Virus record (IMG/VR): IMGVR_UViG_3300027861_004304
Coordinates: 7,938 to 71,937 of that record
Direction: 5' to 3' (one strand)
Origin: a virus
Length of the DNA: 64,000 nucleotides
Part shown: positions 55,250 to 64,000 of the stretch, piece by piece
How positions within the stretch are numbered: position 1 is the first letter of the stretch
Layout of the letters: every line of letters begins with the position of its first letter
The notes under the pieces: model-generated
Told to the model about the DNA's origin: nothing
Database searches by the model: none
The model's input: the letters and a program-made list of their open reading frames with translations, nothing else
Program-made: the position numbers and the translations under genes

Positions 55250-57358
55250 TTATGAGCTTCTAGTATAAATATTTATACCTTTCACTTTTGGACGACGAGA
55301 GGGAGCCGGAGCCAGAGCCACACCTCCGCCGCTCGAGCTAGATATTTCTTCAAGATCTTCTTCTTCTAAATCCATCACGCTGTGTGCGTCACTACAAGTA
55401 TCGTAACAAGCTTTTTGTTTTCCTGTTTTGTGACTAATGACAGCACAATTTCCAGACTTTCGTTTTCCTGATTTGGTTTTTGATTTTTTCTTACACGGTT
55501 TTTTTACGGCTCTTTCTAAAATAGCTTCTTCAATCATTTCATAAATCATTTCTTGAATTTCAGTATTTATTTCTTCTTTTTCTTCTCCGCCAAGAATATT
55601 ACAAATTTCATTTGCTCTATCAGCAGCAAATTCGGGAATAAAAGCCTCAAAACCTTCTTTTTCCTTAATGGCTTGACGGAAATTGGTAGCACTCAAAGCA
55701 CAGGACCGGTCCTCATCTGGACACGCAGAAACCATTACCGGGGTTACTTTTAGATTCGCGAAACCGCCCAGAGTCGCTTTTGCAATGGCATCATAATTCT
55801 CATCTTTATCACTATATACTATTCCAATATTATTTTTATTCCCAGGAACATTTTTCTTTATCCACTCCCAAGGGTTCGTACTCATGGACTTGGATCCATC
55901 TTTTTTGATCAAATCTTCTCCTTCTTTATTTGTACGCACGATGGGTTCGTCGACTTTGATCAATTCAATATTATCCAAACCTGATTCTTTAATATAGATA
56001 TTCCAGACTTTTTCAGCCTGGTCTAGCGTAACACCCTCTCTTGGTACTTTTCCGCTCACGATATAAATTGGAACACCTGGGTGTTTTTCTGCCGCATTTT
56101 GAACCATACTCCAGTGTCCTCTATGTGGAGGCTTAAAACCACCAGGGAGATATATGGCGTCAAGTTTTTCCTCTTTCTCTTTCAAAAGTGTATCAATGAC
56201 TTCGTTGATAAAGTTTTCGTCGTATTCTTTTGACTCTCTAAAATTTGTTCCCATACCACCAAGAATGAAATCTCCTGTAATTTTAACTGGCTTTTGACCA
56301 AAATTTTTGTGCCGGATTACCACTCCTTCGTGGTCTGTAACATCACCCATCGGGCTAGTTAAAGCTCTTAAAATATCATTTCCAAGCATCCGGGTCGCAT
56401 GATAAAAAACAGCACCAGCTATGGCAGGCTTAACGTCTTCTTCTTCGGAAACAAAAGACGTAATGGCTTTTCCGCCTAAAATATTTGTATAAACTTCTTT
56501 ACTCAGGGCGCCTATTTTTTTACCATCTATCTTTTTAATAAATTTGTGCCTTGGATTATCAACTTCTTTTAACCAATCTTCGAGGGATTGGGTTACCTCG
56601 TCTTCTTCGCTAAAAACTACAGTAAACGGCTCTTTTAGAGTGTCTGAAAAATTAATTTCTGCCTCTTCTTTGAAAGAAGTCGGAACGGTAGTGTAAATTT
56701 CAAAATCATATTTTTTGGCAAAAGGTTCAACTTTATCCGTTAATTTTTGTAGCGCCTCGGGATCATACGCTATTTCCACACTTGGATCTTTGATCGGGAC
56801 TTCCTTTTCTTTGTCTGGATCCCATATTGTAGGGCGCTCTAGACCTCGACGCTCAACTCCTGTTCTAGAATTTGTTTTTTCATAAAATTGATTAACGCCG
56901 TGAATAGCTAAAAAATTATGATCATATTCAGTTACGTTTGTTGTCCCTGCAACATATTCAGTATTTAGAAATACGGCGGGATTATCCCACATTCCTAATT
57001 TCTTTAGTTCTGGCTCAATTTTTGGTAGAGCTTCATTAAAAATAGTAAGAAGGGTTTTAATCGCGCCCCTCATACCGTGGCCTACTTTTGGAAACCTTTC
57101 ACTAACGCGATCTATGGAGACTCCTTCAATGTCAATTGGTTTTGTGCTTCCTCGATCGACAGCAAATTCCTTTCGGCCTTTCTCGTCTGAAATAAGTTTA
57201 AAACTTACATTGACACCATCAATTTTAACTGCTTGAGACTTTTTCACCACCTCACCAGCCTTCTCAAAAAAGTCCCTTAAATCTTCGCCATTTTTTACAT
57301 CCGACAAATCAAAAGGGTGCTGCATGTGACCGCCAGCGCCACCTTCTTTTAAGAACAT
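55250..57358 (-). CDS. Fusion of an ATP-dependent ligase-like domain and a HIGH-family nucleotidyltransferase
   Basis: Start MFLKEGGAGGHM (TAATG overlap at 57358); KIDGVN, NTEY, EGVVIR, KPVKITG; then PGGFKPPHRGH...LSATNFR. Confidence 0.6.
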   Translation of the reverse strand: MFLKEGGAGGHMQHPFDLSDVKNGEDLRDFFEKAGEVVKKSQAVKIDGVNVSFKLISDEKGRKEFAVDRGSTKPIDIEGVSIDRVSERFPKVGHGMRGAIKTLLTIFNEALPKIEPELKKLGMWDNPAVFLNTEYVAGTTNVTEYDHNFLAIHGVNQFYEKTNSRTGVERRGLERPTIWDPDKEKEVPIKDPSVEIAYDPEALQKLTDKVEPFAKKYDFEIYTTVPTSFKEEAEINFSDTLKEPFTVVFSEEDEVTQSLEDWLKEVDNPRHKFIKKIDGKKIGALSKEVYTNILGGKAITSFVSEEEDVKPAIAGAVFYHATRMLGNDILRALTSPMGDVTDHEGVVIRHKNFGQKPVKITGDFILGGMGTNFRESKEYDENFINEVIDTLLKEKEEKLDAIYLPGGFKPPHRGHWSMVQNAAEKHPGVPIYIVSGKVPREGVTLDQAEKVWNIYIKESGLDNIELIKVDEPIVRTNKEGEDLIKKDGSKSMSTNPWEWIKKNVPGNKNNIGIVYSDKDENYDAIAKATLGGFANLKVTPVMVSACPDEDRSCALSATNFRQAIKEKEGFEAFIPEFAADRANEICNILGGEEKEEINTEIQEMIYEMIEEAILERAVKKPCKKKSKTKSGKRKSGNCAVISHKTGKQKACYDTCSDAHSVMDLEEEDLEEISSSSGGGVALAPAPSRRPKVKGINIYTRSS

Positions 57359-57636
57359 TATTCGTCTCCTCGACTTTCTTCTAGAATTTGAAGCTTTTCT
57401 GTGAGTTGCTGATTTTCTTCTGTTAAAATTGCATTTCGCTCTTCTAACTTCCGGCAATCTCTTCTCAAATGAGCCAAATTCTCCAAGGCCACCTCAACTC
57501 GCTGACGCTCTTTAATTGTTCTCAAATTGAGACTTTCGAACACTTCTCTAATCGCTTGAGCGCGCGCCAAGGATGAAATACCCTCCTGCTTCCACTCCCC
57601 CAGGAGAAATTTTCTTGTGAGTTTGTTAAAATCCAT
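57358..57636 (-). CDS. Coiled-coil hypothetical protein
   Basis: 92 aa with GAGGA RBS. Confidence 0.65.
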   Translation of the reverse strand: MDFNKLTRKFLLGEWKQEGISSLARAQAIREVFESLNLRTIKERQRVEVALENLAHLRRDCRKLEERNAILTEENQQLTEKLQILEESRGDE

Positions 57637-57639
57637 AGT

Positions 57640-57897
57640 TTATTCCTCTTTCTTTTTTCTGAACCGACCTTTCTTTGCCGGCGCCTTTGCTTTTTTGGAA
57701 ACGCCCTTCAAAGGACCATCCACTCTTTCTGGCGCAGCTTCGGCTCTCTTTTTTGACACTTCGGCAACCACAAGCTTTTCTGCCTTTGGCGCTTCAACAA
57801 CCTTCGGTGCCTCTATTTTCGCTGCAGTGGCTTTCGCAGCGGCCTCTTTTCTCTGTTGAGCCGCTCGTCGGCATGCTCTTCTTCTTTGTTTTCCCAT
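57640..57897 (-). CDS. Small Lys/Ala/Arg-rich basic protein (possible DNA-binding/condensing)
   Basis: 85 aa; AGGAG RBS; candidate late promoter upstream. Confidence 0.6.
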   Translation of the reverse strand: MGKQRRRACRRAAQQRKEAAAKATAAKIEAPKVVEAPKAEKLVVAEVSKKRAEAAPERVDGPLKGVSKKAKAPAKKGRFRKKKEE

Positions 57898-57920
57898 TTT
57901 ATTGGTACTCCTTTACAGTA

Positions 57921-57928
57921 TAATTAGT
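57921..57928 (-). promoter_or_regulatory. Candidate late promoter ACTAATTA
   Basis: Recurrent motif 23 nt upstream of the 57897 start. Confidence 0.55.
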
Positions 57929-57963
57929 ATTTCCCAGTTTAAAAATCCAAGTAACTTGCCAAC

Positions 57964-58881
57964 TTATGATCCAGTACAATAAGTAGCAACACTTCCAGAT
58001 GGTGTAAATATTGTATTATCCAGTCTCAAACCTAATCTATCTTTGGTACCCAAGCTAAATGGAACTTGATCGGTTCTTCTGTCTCTTCCGCCTGAGAGGT
58101 TTTTATAATTATTGATCACAAATCCACTTCCAAAATAACTTTGAGAATTTCCGGTTTCAGGCTGTATACAATCACCCGGCGGCGGCGGATTTAATACATC
58201 GTTGAGACATGCCGTAGAAATCTCCTCAACCTCCCCACCGGATAGTGCGCGGTCCCAATATGCGATATCTGTCAATCTCTCGAAAGCTTTTTTATAGCCT
58301 CCCATAGTCGGCTCGTTATTTATATAGCCCATTCCCTGGGCAACACCATTAAATGGATTGCATCCCGCATTTAATGTTATAGTTGTGACTAAAGACCCAT
58401 CTAAATAATATTTAGCATTCGGCGTTACTCCCCCACCAGAACTGCCAGATATAACCATAGCAAGGTGATGCCAAGTATCGGCAGATATATTGCTCCTCAA
58501 ATCGTAACCACTATCAGTAATTGTGGCGCCAAAACAATCCTGCCTAAATGCTATATTACCAGTATTGAGAATGAAAAAAGGATCGTGGTGGCTATTCATC
58601 CTAAACAACCAAACCTGATCCGCAGTCGTTGTTATATTATATGCCCACAAAGACAAAGTAAAGCCGTCATCACTATTAAAAGGAATAATCCCCGCCGTAC
58701 TTATTTCCAAATAAGAAACTGGCCCTGGACCTTCCTGCGGGAAAGTGAAATATGACCCACACTTATTATCACCGACGCTGCTAGTTGAAGCATTATTTTG
58801 TAGTATTAGATCATAACTACCAGTAGAATCCGTGTTATCGAATGCTCGGTACCAAGCTATTAAATTATCTGTTAAGTCCAT
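57964..58881 (-). CDS. LamG/concanavalin-A-like domain virion protein
   Basis: LIAWY, FTLSLW, TWHHLAMV, YYLDG, DIAYWDRALS..EV. Confidence 0.85.
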   Translation of the reverse strand: MDLTDNLIAWYRAFDNTDSTGSYDLILQNNASTSSVGDNKCGSYFTFPQEGPGPVSYLEISTAGIIPFNSDDGFTLSLWAYNITTTADQVWLFRMNSHHDPFFILNTGNIAFRQDCFGATITDSGYDLRSNISADTWHHLAMVISGSSGGGVTPNAKYYLDGSLVTTITLNAGCNPFNGVAQGMGYINNEPTMGGYKKAFERLTDIAYWDRALSGGEVEEISTACLNDVLNPPPPGDCIQPETGNSQSYFGSGFVINNYKNLSGGRDRRTDQVPFSLGTKDRLGLRLDNTIFTPSGSVATYCTGS

Positions 58882-59364
58882 TTATTTTATTCTCGCGAGC
58901 AATTTACCGTACAGTCGCTCACGGCGTTCATTTAAAGAATTCGCAAAAGCTCTGTTCGTTTGCTTATACTTATCTTCCCAATCACGAAAACACATATTTC
59001 CCCTGAGATAAGCATCTTCTTCCATTTTTCTCAGGTGATCATCGGTCTGGGCATAGCCCTCCCCCATTGCTCCCATATTATCAAATTGCCCATCGCAGTT
59101 CTGCGTATGATGAACAAGCTCGTGAGAAAATGATCTCATAATATCTTTTGGATGGCGATCATCAACAAAAACAGTAATCGTCATAGAGGCAGGTTCATAT
59201 TGAGCCGTCTTGCCTAAAGTTCTTTTAGCATTCTCAGGATCTGATTCAAAGGAGATGTTTGGCTCTTTATCAAATTTAAGGCGCTCTTGTGCGAATGGCA
59301 TAAAATTTTCAAGCATGCTTATTATTTCTGAAATATTACGATTTGAGTTGTTTTTTATTTCCAT
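58882..59364 (-). CDS. Putative HEXXH metallopeptidase-like protein
   Basis: GKTAQYEP, RHPKDIMRSFSHELVHHTQ, MEEDAY. Confidence 0.65.
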   Translation of the reverse strand: MEIKNNSNRNISEIISMLENFMPFAQERLKFDKEPNISFESDPENAKRTLGKTAQYEPASMTITVFVDDRHPKDIMRSFSHELVHHTQNCDGQFDNMGAMGEGYAQTDDHLRKMEEDAYLRGNMCFRDWEDKYKQTNRAFANSLNERRERLYGKLLARIK

Positions 59365-61274
59365 TAAATGTTAAACCTTTTTAAGAGTTTTCTATATCTT
59401 TGTTCATTTAGTCGTCTTTTTAATTCTTCCAACCTTTCCGGGGGCCTCAAAGTCCCAGGTGGCAACTTACTCTTTTTCGGCCGAGTCATAGCTCTCCGTC
59501 CCATTCCTGCGGGCACTGCTGGAGATGGAGGCAGTTCTGGCGCTTTCGGATTTCGTGTCGTCTCTTCTTCTGCTTTTTCATCTCCAACCATCTTCTCAAA
59601 CCACGAGTATACATCCCCAATCTTTTCCAGTCCCTCACCGGCGAAAGAAAGTCCTGCGTCGATCAGCGAATCAAAGGCGCGCGGGATATCGTCAACAAGT
59701 TTATCAGATTCCTTAAAAAAATTAATTAGCGTTTGCTGAAAAGCGGTACCCTCTTTTGTCATACATTTTTTATATTCGTTATCAATAGCTTCTCTTTTCA
59801 TCGTGCGATACTTCTTAAGGGCCTCTCTGTATTCTTCCTCGGTTTTACCGTCCCGAGACGGCGCTCCATCGGCGAGGGTCTTATAAGTATTCTGAATTTT
59901 CTGTTCCAGCGCTGTGGTCAATGCTTTTGCGGCGGCTTTCGCCGTAGCTTCATCTACCCCAGCGTCGACCATTTTGGCTACAAGTGATTCTGTTAATCCC
60001 TCGGCTCCTTTTTCGGCGAGACTGGACGACGCGCCGCTTAGAGTCTTGGCTAATTTTTTAATTATTTCGGATGAAGATTCACTCCCAGTTTTTGCTAGCT
60101 TCATTCCGAGCTTACCCAAGCCCTTTGCAGCATATTTTCCCCACGGAATTAAACCAATGGCATCAATGGCGGCTTTTTTTGGTTTTCCAGAAAATAGATC
60201 TGCCACAACCGCGACACCTGCTGCCTGTCGAGCAACAATTTCAGCACCGCCAGCGACAATGATTGCACCAGGGCCGGCCGGAGGGAAAGAAGCACCAGCA
60301 GCCATTGCTGATAAGGCCACGGCATCGGCAGAAAAACTAATATCATTCGCAAGATTTGATAAAGAACCGGCCACAGATTGATCGAACTTTAAATCATCAA
60401 AAAGCTCAGGATTTGATTTTTTTAGCGCGCCTAAAAGATCCGAACAGTATTCTTTATCCCCAACACTATCTTTGGGCTTTTCTTCGTCTCCGGATCCTTT
60501 TTCTGGAGTTTCTCCTGCGAAATCCTCATCATCGGCGCCGATCGGTTCTCCCATTGTTTTATTGAGGCCTTTTTCATCCCATTCTTTTTCTTTTGCAGCC
60601 AACTTTGCTTCCCTATCATCAACACTGGGCTCTTCATCAGCCCACAATTGGATTTTCTCTGCTGGAGATTCGAATCTAACAGTGTTCATTCTTCCCCATA
60701 GATTTAAAACACGCAGTAATTTTTTACCAACATCTTTATTTAAATTGAAGCTTGCAATTGCATGCAATAATCCCGTTGTAGCCTTCAAATCAAAAACTCT
60801 TTGTTTCTCACCCCGGTCGCCAGAAAGTTGTTCTTCAAGTTGGGGAACACGTCCAGTTCGTGCCAGTTCAATAATTTTTCTTATGAGATCTTCGATTTGG
60901 TCAGCGTCTAAAGGTTTGTGCTTTAGAAGAAGACTTTTTAGAGAATCTGGATTACTTGTAGAATTCAGACCCCAGATGAGCTTCTCTTCTCCGTCTTGAT
61001 CCCTCTTTGCACATTTAATTGTTGTAGGATCTTCTCCTCTGTCTATAGTTCTTTCTTCCCAGTCCTCTTTGGAGCACCCAGAAGCAGAAAATTCTTCGAA
61101 GTTGGGCATTGTTCTATCGTCCTCTTCTTCTGAAGATTCACGACCAAGAACAGCAAAATCAGTTTTTTGTTGAGAGTTGGTACCCCAAAATTTACGTCCC
61201 GATTCTTTTAGTTGATTTTCTTTGCGTTCTTTTAACTCTTCGCGTAAGAATTGTTTGAAAAGCTTAGTATCCAT
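59364..61274 (-). CDS. Hypothetical protein with an internal Gly/Ala hydrophobic hairpin (possible ejection protein)
   Basis: 636 aa; AVALSAMAAGASFPPAGPGAIIVAGG...AIGLIPWGK segment. Confidence 0.55.
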   Translation of the reverse strand: MDTKLFKQFLREELKERKENQLKESGRKFWGTNSQQKTDFAVLGRESSEEEDDRTMPNFEEFSASGCSKEDWEERTIDRGEDPTTIKCAKRDQDGEEKLIWGLNSTSNPDSLKSLLLKHKPLDADQIEDLIRKIIELARTGRVPQLEEQLSGDRGEKQRVFDLKATTGLLHAIASFNLNKDVGKKLLRVLNLWGRMNTVRFESPAEKIQLWADEEPSVDDREAKLAAKEKEWDEKGLNKTMGEPIGADDEDFAGETPEKGSGDEEKPKDSVGDKEYCSDLLGALKKSNPELFDDLKFDQSVAGSLSNLANDISFSADAVALSAMAAGASFPPAGPGAIIVAGGAEIVARQAAGVAVVADLFSGKPKKAAIDAIGLIPWGKYAAKGLGKLGMKLAKTGSESSSEIIKKLAKTLSGASSSLAEKGAEGLTESLVAKMVDAGVDEATAKAAAKALTTALEQKIQNTYKTLADGAPSRDGKTEEEYREALKKYRTMKREAIDNEYKKCMTKEGTAFQQTLINFFKESDKLVDDIPRAFDSLIDAGLSFAGEGLEKIGDVYSWFEKMVGDEKAEEETTRNPKAPELPPSPAVPAGMGRRAMTRPKKSKLPPGTLRPPERLEELKRRLNEQRYRKLLKRFNI

Positions 61275-61303
61275 TTGAGGGCCCTCTTGTAGTTGTACTT
61301 CTA

Positions 61304-61311
61304 TAATTAGT
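61304..61311 (-). promoter_or_regulatory. Candidate late promoter ACTAATTA
   Basis: Recurrent motif 29 nt upstream of the 61274 start. Confidence 0.5.
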
Positions 61312-61540
61312 CTAAAACTCTGGAAAGATTCGTCAAATTCGTAAGCAATATATCAATCCTTTGATCTTCACCCATAATATAAACATTCGCGCAGGGGAAT
61401 TCCCGATCACCAGACTCTTTTGAGAATACTTTAAGGATAATTCCGGTTTTGTCCTCAACCAACTTCTTCCAGCCAACCAAATCTCCAATGCCAAACTTCT
61501 CTAAAAGCTCCTTGCCAATAATCGGCAGGCTGCTACTCAT
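61307..61540 (-). CDS. Small SH3/KOW-like hypothetical protein
   Basis: FGIGDLVGW...TGIILKV pattern. Confidence 0.5.
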   Translation of the reverse strand: MSSSLPIIGKELLEKFGIGDLVGWKKLVEDKTGIILKVFSKESGDREFPCANVYIMGEDQRIDILLTNLTNLSRVLD

Positions 61541-61898
61541 CGTACATGTTGGGATAAGTCATTCCTGGTGATCCAGTCTTAATTCCAGGACCTTTTATGG
61601 CTTTTAAAGATGAAACACAATAATTTAGAGTATCCTGCAATCTCATATTAAGCTGATCGTCAATCAAAAAATTAACGTCAGCATCGTTCAGTGTGTCAGT
61701 TTCGTAATCGGCAGATACTTTTCTGACCATTTGATCAAGGAGAACCTTGGTTTGCTCAATAAACTGAGAATAAATTCTTAGTCTTTCCTTTCTCGCTGTC
61801 GACTCGTCATTCGCAAGATAAGTGTATTGCTCCCCAACCAACTCTTCGTTTGATTCTTTTACAATTTTCTCAATGTCTTCTTTTGTTAAGTCTTTCAT
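61533..61898 (-). CDS. Hypothetical protein
   Basis: 121 aa, coupled to its neighbours. Confidence 0.6.
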   Translation of the reverse strand: MKDLTKEDIEKIVKESNEELVGEQYTYLANDESTARKERLRIYSQFIEQTKVLLDQMVRKVSADYETDTLNDADVNFLIDDQLNMRLQDTLNYCVSSLKAIKGPGIKTGSPGMTYPNMYDE

Positions 61899-62503
61899 AA
61901 TAATAATCCTTCCGTCAATACGTGTGTCGCGCTAATAAATAGTTTTCGTTTCGCATCTTTTTTAAAAGTATTCAATTTCATCCAGACATCTTGAACATTT
62001 GCCTCGGAATCATCGAGAAAATACACTTTATTGATCGAGGGATTTATTTTGACGATTTTGGTCAAATAATCACCTTTCGACTCGCCGGCCAGACCCGTGA
62101 TAATCAGACTGCTTGTATCAATTCCCAAAAAATTTAAGTATGAATGAATAGAGTCTTCTGCTTTCTCTGCTCGTGACGTAACCACCATTACTTGAGAATT
62201 TGGGTTTTTAATAAATTCTTTCATCTTGTTTGTAATATTCTTTTTTTCTTCTGCGTCTCCAACATCGTCGAACTCGGAAAAGTCAAACTCTTCATCTTCT
62301 CCTGGCTTTTCTGTGTCTAATTGCGCCTGGCTAAGTCTTCGCACGGGCGCGCCAGTTCCTTTGACGCGAACGACTGTTTTCGCATGAGTATCCGCAATTG
62401 TTTCATCAAAATCAAAGACGGCTAATATCTTTTTTTCAATATCCGCTGGGATGACATCTTCTTCTTTTATAAACTTTCGCCAATTTTCAAGTAGGAGTTT
62501 CAC
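61895..62503 (-). CDS. HAD-superfamily phosphatase with an MKLLLENWRK leader
   Basis: VFDFDETI (motif I), VVTSR (II), K (III), FLDDSEAN (IV). Confidence 0.8.
   Translation of the reverse strand: MKLLLENWRKFIKEEDVIPADIEKKILAVFDFDETIADTHAKTVVRVKGTGAPVRRLSQAQLDTEKPGEDEEFDFSEFDDVGDAEEKKNITNKMKEFIKNPNSQVMVVTSRAEKAEDSIHSYLNFLGIDTSSLIITGLAGESKGDYLTKIVKINPSINKVYFLDDSEANVQDVWMKLNTFKKDAKRKLFISATHVLTEGLLL
62478..62502. repeat. 25-bp exact repeat, copy 1 (encodes the KLLLENWR leader)
   Basis: cgccaattttcaagtaggagtttca, identical to 63836..63860. Confidence 0.95.
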
Positions 62504-63861
62504 GCGGCCGCTCCTTTAGATATATCTACAATAATTTTTACGGGAAATCCTTCGTACCCCGTTCTGGCTCTTAATCCAAAAACCTTTCGAATTATAGTAT
62601 ATAACTTTTGATCATTTTTTGAGTCTGTAATATCAGAAAAAAGTTGTGCTATTTCTTTGAGTATGGGCGCCGTAGATTTTCCCTTACTAAAATCATACGG
62701 GTCTCCTGCCCCCCCTACCTCATATATTCCATCTCCAATCTTCGTTACATTCGTTTGCCCCAATGTCCTCTTAAACTGTACCGCAAAATCCTTAGTCATA
62801 ATTGGGTCAGCGCGCTCCTGACTAAAACACCATGACGGAATGGAGCCCTCCCCATCACACTTCGCCATATCAGCACCAGATTTTGTATCAAAGTTTGTTG
62901 TTTTGACTGCGTCATCGGCCGACGCGGCATTATCCCAGGTATCATAATCAACATTTACTTTTTCCTCTAACCCATTTTCAGTTACTTTAATTACAAAGTC
63001 TTTTAAAAAACCACTCTCTTGAGAGCTAAGATCTTTTTCCGTTAAAGGAGACTCTGAACCGGCTAAATATTTCAGGCCGGCCCTGATATCAATCCCCGCT
63101 TCATCCTTAAGTGCCCTGGAATTAAATATTTTTTCTATATGACTTGTTATAGCTTGAAAGGGTTGCTGATCTAAGCCGATCCCGGTACCGATTTGGTCGC
63201 CGGCGGATATCAAGTCTTGAGAAATTTGATCGGATAATTGTTTTATTTCTTCCATTCCTGGTATGTCAGATACGGCGGCAGACATGCGAGATATTATCTC
63301 TTTCTGGTCTGAAATAAAATCACCGGCCACGTCTGGCGTGATATTTTGTGCAACATCTATTACATCTTTGGCTAGAGTCGCATCGATATTTTGAAGCGCC
63401 GAGGATAAAGCTTGGATATCTAGGCCCACCCCCTGACTAACCACATACGCAGCCGTAGCCGCTAATAGCCCCTTTATAGTGATTCTGACAGCTTTTGACG
63501 TCTTGGGATTTTTTTTCTCAAACTGATTAAGTTTTTTAACTACGCTTATTACTTTTTCTGCGCCCTTACTCTTAAATTTTTCTAAAACCATCCACGCCTG
63601 AGTAGACAAATACAATATGGGATCCCCCACCATATCAGACGTAACATCCTCATTTAATTTCCCAACCTGATAATCAACCGACCGCTCCCAATTTTCTAAA
63701 AATATGTTTATATCACCTTCTGATTCTAATAATATATTAATTGTATCATAAAACGAGAATTTAGATGCTGTATCATTATCAAAGACATAAAAATCTCCGT
63801 AATGATTATTTCTCTCACTTTCATTCAAATACTTCCGCCAATTTTCAAGTAGGAGTTTCAT
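62500..63861 (-). CDS. Hypothetical protein with an MKLLLENWRK leader
   Basis: 453 aa; same N-terminal decapeptide as the HAD protein. Confidence 0.7.
   Translation of the reverse strand: MKLLLENWRKYLNESERNNHYGDFYVFDNDTASKFSFYDTINILLESEGDINIFLENWERSVDYQVGKLNEDVTSDMVGDPILYLSTQAWMVLEKFKSKGAEKVISVVKKLNQFEKKNPKTSKAVRITIKGLLAATAAYVVSQGVGLDIQALSSALQNIDATLAKDVIDVAQNITPDVAGDFISDQKEIISRMSAAVSDIPGMEEIKQLSDQISQDLISAGDQIGTGIGLDQQPFQAITSHIEKIFNSRALKDEAGIDIRAGLKYLAGSESPLTEKDLSSQESGFLKDFVIKVTENGLEEKVNVDYDTWDNAASADDAVKTTNFDTKSGADMAKCDGEGSIPSWCFSQERADPIMTKDFAVQFKRTLGQTNVTKIGDGIYEVGGAGDPYDFSKGKSTAPILKEIAQLFSDITDSKNDQKLYTIIRKVFGLRARTGYEGFPVKIIVDISKGAAA
63836..63860. repeat. 25-bp exact repeat, copy 2
   Basis: Identical to 62478..62502. 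Confidence 0.95.
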
Positions 63862-63867
63862 ATACAG

Positions 63868-63875
63868 TAATTAGT
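63868..63875 (-). promoter_or_regulatory. Candidate late promoter ACTAATTA (leaderless transcript?)
   Basis: Only 6 nt upstream of the ATG at 63861, with no SD. Confidence 0.55.
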
Positions 63876-63883
63876 TATTTTTT

Positions 63884-64000
63884 CTAATTAAAGCCAATAT
63901 CTTGAACATATTCGAGAGGAATAAACAAGAAGTTGCCACTTGAAGATTTTACAACGACTTTATCGTTTTCATCTGGCATCGAGATCTGAACAACTTCGGT
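63884..64000 (-). CDS. 3' end of a hypothetical protein (...TEVVQISMPDENDKVVVKSSSGNFLFIPLEYVQDIGFN*)
   Basis: Open frame from the window edge to TAG at 63886-63884. Confidence 0.55.
   Translation of the reverse strand, partial: TEVVQISMPDENDKVVVKSSSGNFLFIPLEYVQDIGFN

Noticed and set aside
57359-57457. N-terminal 33-aa extension of the 735-aa ORF (likewise the extensions of ORFs ending at 34004, 45042, 50819 and 52140)
   Set aside because: These overlap upstream genes or promoters; better starts with an RBS or stop/start coupling lie downstream
75-62835. Numerous plus-strand ORFs of 60-201 aa (e.g. 5015..5593, 12001..12606, 60472..60999) and short nested minus-strand ORFs
   Set aside because: All lie antisense to, or out of frame within, long well-supported minus-strand genes and show no recognisable motifs; treated as shadow ORFs
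62478-63860. 25-bp direct repeat as att sites, IS ends or a DGR template/variable pair
   Set aside because: No integrase, transposase or reverse transcriptase in the window; copies are identical (no A-specific changes) and coincide with gene starts
1-64000. Eukaryotic giant virus or cellular chromosome origin (NLS-like basic tails, sugar genes)
   Set aside because: gp6/gp25 baseplate genes, a phage sigma factor, sigma70 promoters, SD sequences and coupled operons indicate a bacteriophage; no housekeeping genes are present
1-64000. Stop-codon reassignment (seen in some huge phages)
   Set aside because: Very long ORFs and near-complete coding density under the standard code; TAA, TAG and TGA all end genes

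Overview
A 64-kb segment of a very large tailed (myovirus-like, 'jumbo/huge') bacteriophage genome. All credible genes are densely packed on the minus strand and read in the standard code. In coordinate order it holds: (i) 1-32.4 kb, a tail/baseplate module with giant virion proteins (3614 aa with LamG domains, 2277 aa, 1190 aa, 1010 aa), T4 gp6-like and gp25-like wedge proteins, a spike-like protein and an M15 peptidase; (ii) a gp55-like phage sigma factor and small genes; (iii) 34.2-46.3 kb, a 14-gene nonulosonic-acid (pseudaminic/sialic-type) synthesis, tailoring and glycosyltransferase cluster; (iv) 46-54 kb, accessory genes (Cas4-like nuclease, PIN-PhoH, cytidylyltransferase, tRNA-Arg(UCU), fatty-acid hydroxylase, metallophosphoesterase) under near-consensus sigma70 promoters, plus a candidate ~150-nt structured ncRNA with 6S-like architecture and a 9-bp repeat array; (v) 54-64 kb, probable head-associated or packaged proteins with shared terminal peptides, preceded by a recurrent ACTA(A/T)TTA candidate late promoter. 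The main leads are a phage-encoded virion glycosylation system with a candidate (S/T)-(G/A)-(S/T) acceptor motif, a phage 6S-like RNA, and a leader-tagged cargo system. All product calls come from motif recognition by eye; no database search was run.
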